Below, piece by piece: positions 62,064 to 64,000 of a stretch of 64,000 nt of DNA. How positions within the stretch are numbered: the first letter of the stretch is position 1; the number at the start of each line of letters is the position of its first letter. The notes beneath the pieces are model-generated. The model was not told the origin of the DNA. It ran no database searches and worked only from the letters and a program-made list of their open reading frames with translations. The stretch lies in assembly GCA_046563655.1 (NCBI GenBank), contig CM102284.1, positions 6,200,001-6,264,000 on the forward strand, read 5' to 3'. The DNA comes from Yuukianura sp. NJ FZ-2021. Lineage: Eukaryota. Both the position numbers and the translations under genes were made by a program.

Positions 62064-64000
62064 TTAAGGAGGTGTAGTAGTGGTAGTACTGGGTGTTAGA
62101 TAGGGATGATCTCTTAATGAAGTCAATCTTCTCAAATTCATCATTTTACCCACTGGAAATGAAGAATAAGAAACAAAAAACAAAGTGTGATTAATCAACA
62201 ATCATGATTAGTTATATTATAAGTAATTGATCTTAGTCAAATTAAGGGTTTCAGTAATAATACTGGTACGAAAAAGCAGTCTAAACAACAACATTCATCG
62301 TCATAATGTATGTCCAGTAAACAAAGTTCAGTAAATTTGTTTTGATCAATCTGATTGGTTGAAAAACTTAGATTTTCAAGCAATCTCATTGGCTGAAGCC
62401 AGATTTTAAAATCTGATTGGCTAAAAACTTCCAATTTTTAAACATCATGATTGGCTGTAACCAGATTTTCAAATATGATTGGTTGAAACCAGATTTCGAG
62501 GAATCTGATTGGTTTAGGCCGGAATTTGTATTAGGTTGGACATACAGTATGATTTTACGAGAAAAGTGAAAGTGAAGCTGCGGAGGCACAACTACTTTTT
62601 AACCTGAGAGAAAGCCATCACCAGTGAAAATTTTCTTAAATTCTAAATTTGCGATGTACATTTAACAAATAATACTCAGTACGGTATACAAGATGCTTTT
62701 TTCTTTAAAAATTTACACGTAAAATCAAAATTCCTCGCTTGTCATTTTTCAGACTTTTGTGTGTAAAAATTTGAAAATTGAACAAATATAAAACAAAAGT
62801 ACGAAAGATGAAGTTATTTTTTTGTTCTAAAAAAGACTTAAAAAATTTTGACTCTTGGACTTTTCCTTTTCACATTTGGAATGTTTTACACATTAAAGCT
62901 CCAGAATTTCCCGAAAGGAATAAAAAATACTGTTCAAAAAGAAGTGGACTTGAATTGTTTTGGCTTGTGCGCTGAAAAACCCCGAAAAATCTTAGTTTAT
63001 CTAATAAATAACGCACCGTTTGATGTCTCCAAGTGATGCCCATGTTGTGACGTATTGGAGTTGGTAGGACTGAGGTCCGCTAGAGATAAATAGTAGTCAT
63101 ATGGATTCGGTGTCGTATAAATTAGGTTGTCAAAGGCTGGAACGGGCTGTTGAATTCGGCTTGCAGCGGCATGGGCAGCGGCAGCGATGTGAGCTGCTGC
63201 CAAGTGATGAGCATGATGTGTCGGTGAAATAATCAATGGAGCACCTTCAAGTAACACAAAAGAAACATGAAAAACAAATTGGTTAGTGACGCAAGTCCTA
63301 TTTCGGTTGGGCGTCACAAGGACTTTTGTTCCGATTTCAGACAAAAGCGTTTACGAAAAACGTTTTTGTTGACATTTGACAAAAGAGTTATCAAGTATCA
63401 ACAAATTTGATCGCTCTTAAGAATTTTTACAGTGTTTATACCTAGGGATCCTGGAGATGATTGTCCCAGTTGCGACACTTGCTGTTGGTTGGCTGCATTG
63501 CGAATTCCAGCAATCAGATTACTCAAATTATTTGGCACAATTTTGTTCTCTTTGGAATCTCGGTATGTTCCATTAATGATTGCTAATTCCATCAGTTGTC
63601 GCTTCTTCAGCTCATCTTCTCCTTCAGCCTATTTAAAACATTCCAAAAAGTTAACATTTACACCAACAATGCTCAAAGAAGCATAAAAGGCTTCGGAAGT
63701 TTAAAGAAAAGAAAAGTTAAAACAAGCATAACTTTCACCAAAAACTGTTTCTGTAACTTTCTTACAAGAAACAAAGATTTTTTTGGTAAAAGTTGAGACA
63801 AAACTTTCTCTCTTGGGAAGATCAAAGTTAGATCAAAAAACTTTGTTTTACAAAAACTTATTTGTGCAAAAAAGAAAGTGATCACGAGATGAAAACTTGC
63901 CATTGGGATGAGGAGTTTGTTGATCTCATCTTTGGCTCTCTGCAGTTTCACTTTGCAGCGATTCTCCGTATCTTCCACAGTGATCAACACGTGGAGCTCA
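62064..64000 (-). CDS. how: STAR-family KH RNA-binding protein Held out wings / Quaking, 3' part (5' end outside window)
   Basis: Exons >64000-63901 ([32 protein letters not shown]), 63442-63628 (QUA2: [24 protein letters not shown]), 63017-63244 (GAPLIISP...[11 protein letters not shown]) and 62064-62152 (RDHPY tail). An alternative short form ends at 62997. Confidence 0.93.
62348..62520. repeat. Degenerate ~30-bp tandem array, six AATCTGATTGGY(T) cores
   Basis: Cores near 62348, 62382, 62410, 62444, 62472 and 62502, each mostly followed by (A)AACCAGATTTT-like sequence. Confidence 0.75.

Overview
Gene-dense eukaryotic DNA from an arthropod with many short (about 55-300 nt) spliceosomal introns. 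A compact hexapod genome such as a springtail is plausible, but that is inference only. I reconstructed 12 complete intron-containing genes and one partial one by hand: AGBL5/CCP5, PRPF38B, an unassigned C2H2 zinc-finger gene, SAR1, a Y-box (YBX1/yps-like) gene, a ~1,600-aa secreted Pro/Gln-rich protein, Rab11, KDEL receptor, a spitz/Keren-type EGF ligand, transportin-1, synapsin, a PDE4/dunce-type phosphodiesterase and the 3' part of how/QKI. Non-coding regions hold a composite dispersed repeat (17.5-19.8 kb and 37.3-40.9 kb) with two nested long-TIR MITEs, one with a perfect 8-bp TSD and a paralogous empty site in the window. There is also a 235-bp intronic palindrome and an inverted pair of CRE-bearing repeats near the PDE gene. 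I found no prokaryote-type system (CRISPR, defence island), no rRNA or tRNA, and no transposase. The strongest signals are non-canonical gene expression. Synapsin's conserved N-terminus (RRFS domain A) has no ATG and appears to start at a CUG in good context. One transportin-1 intron has either a GG donor or a 63-nt in-frame exon extension. how shows How(S)/How(L)-like alternative C-termini and a GC-AG intron. Perfect DR1 motifs recur in the introns of unrelated genes.
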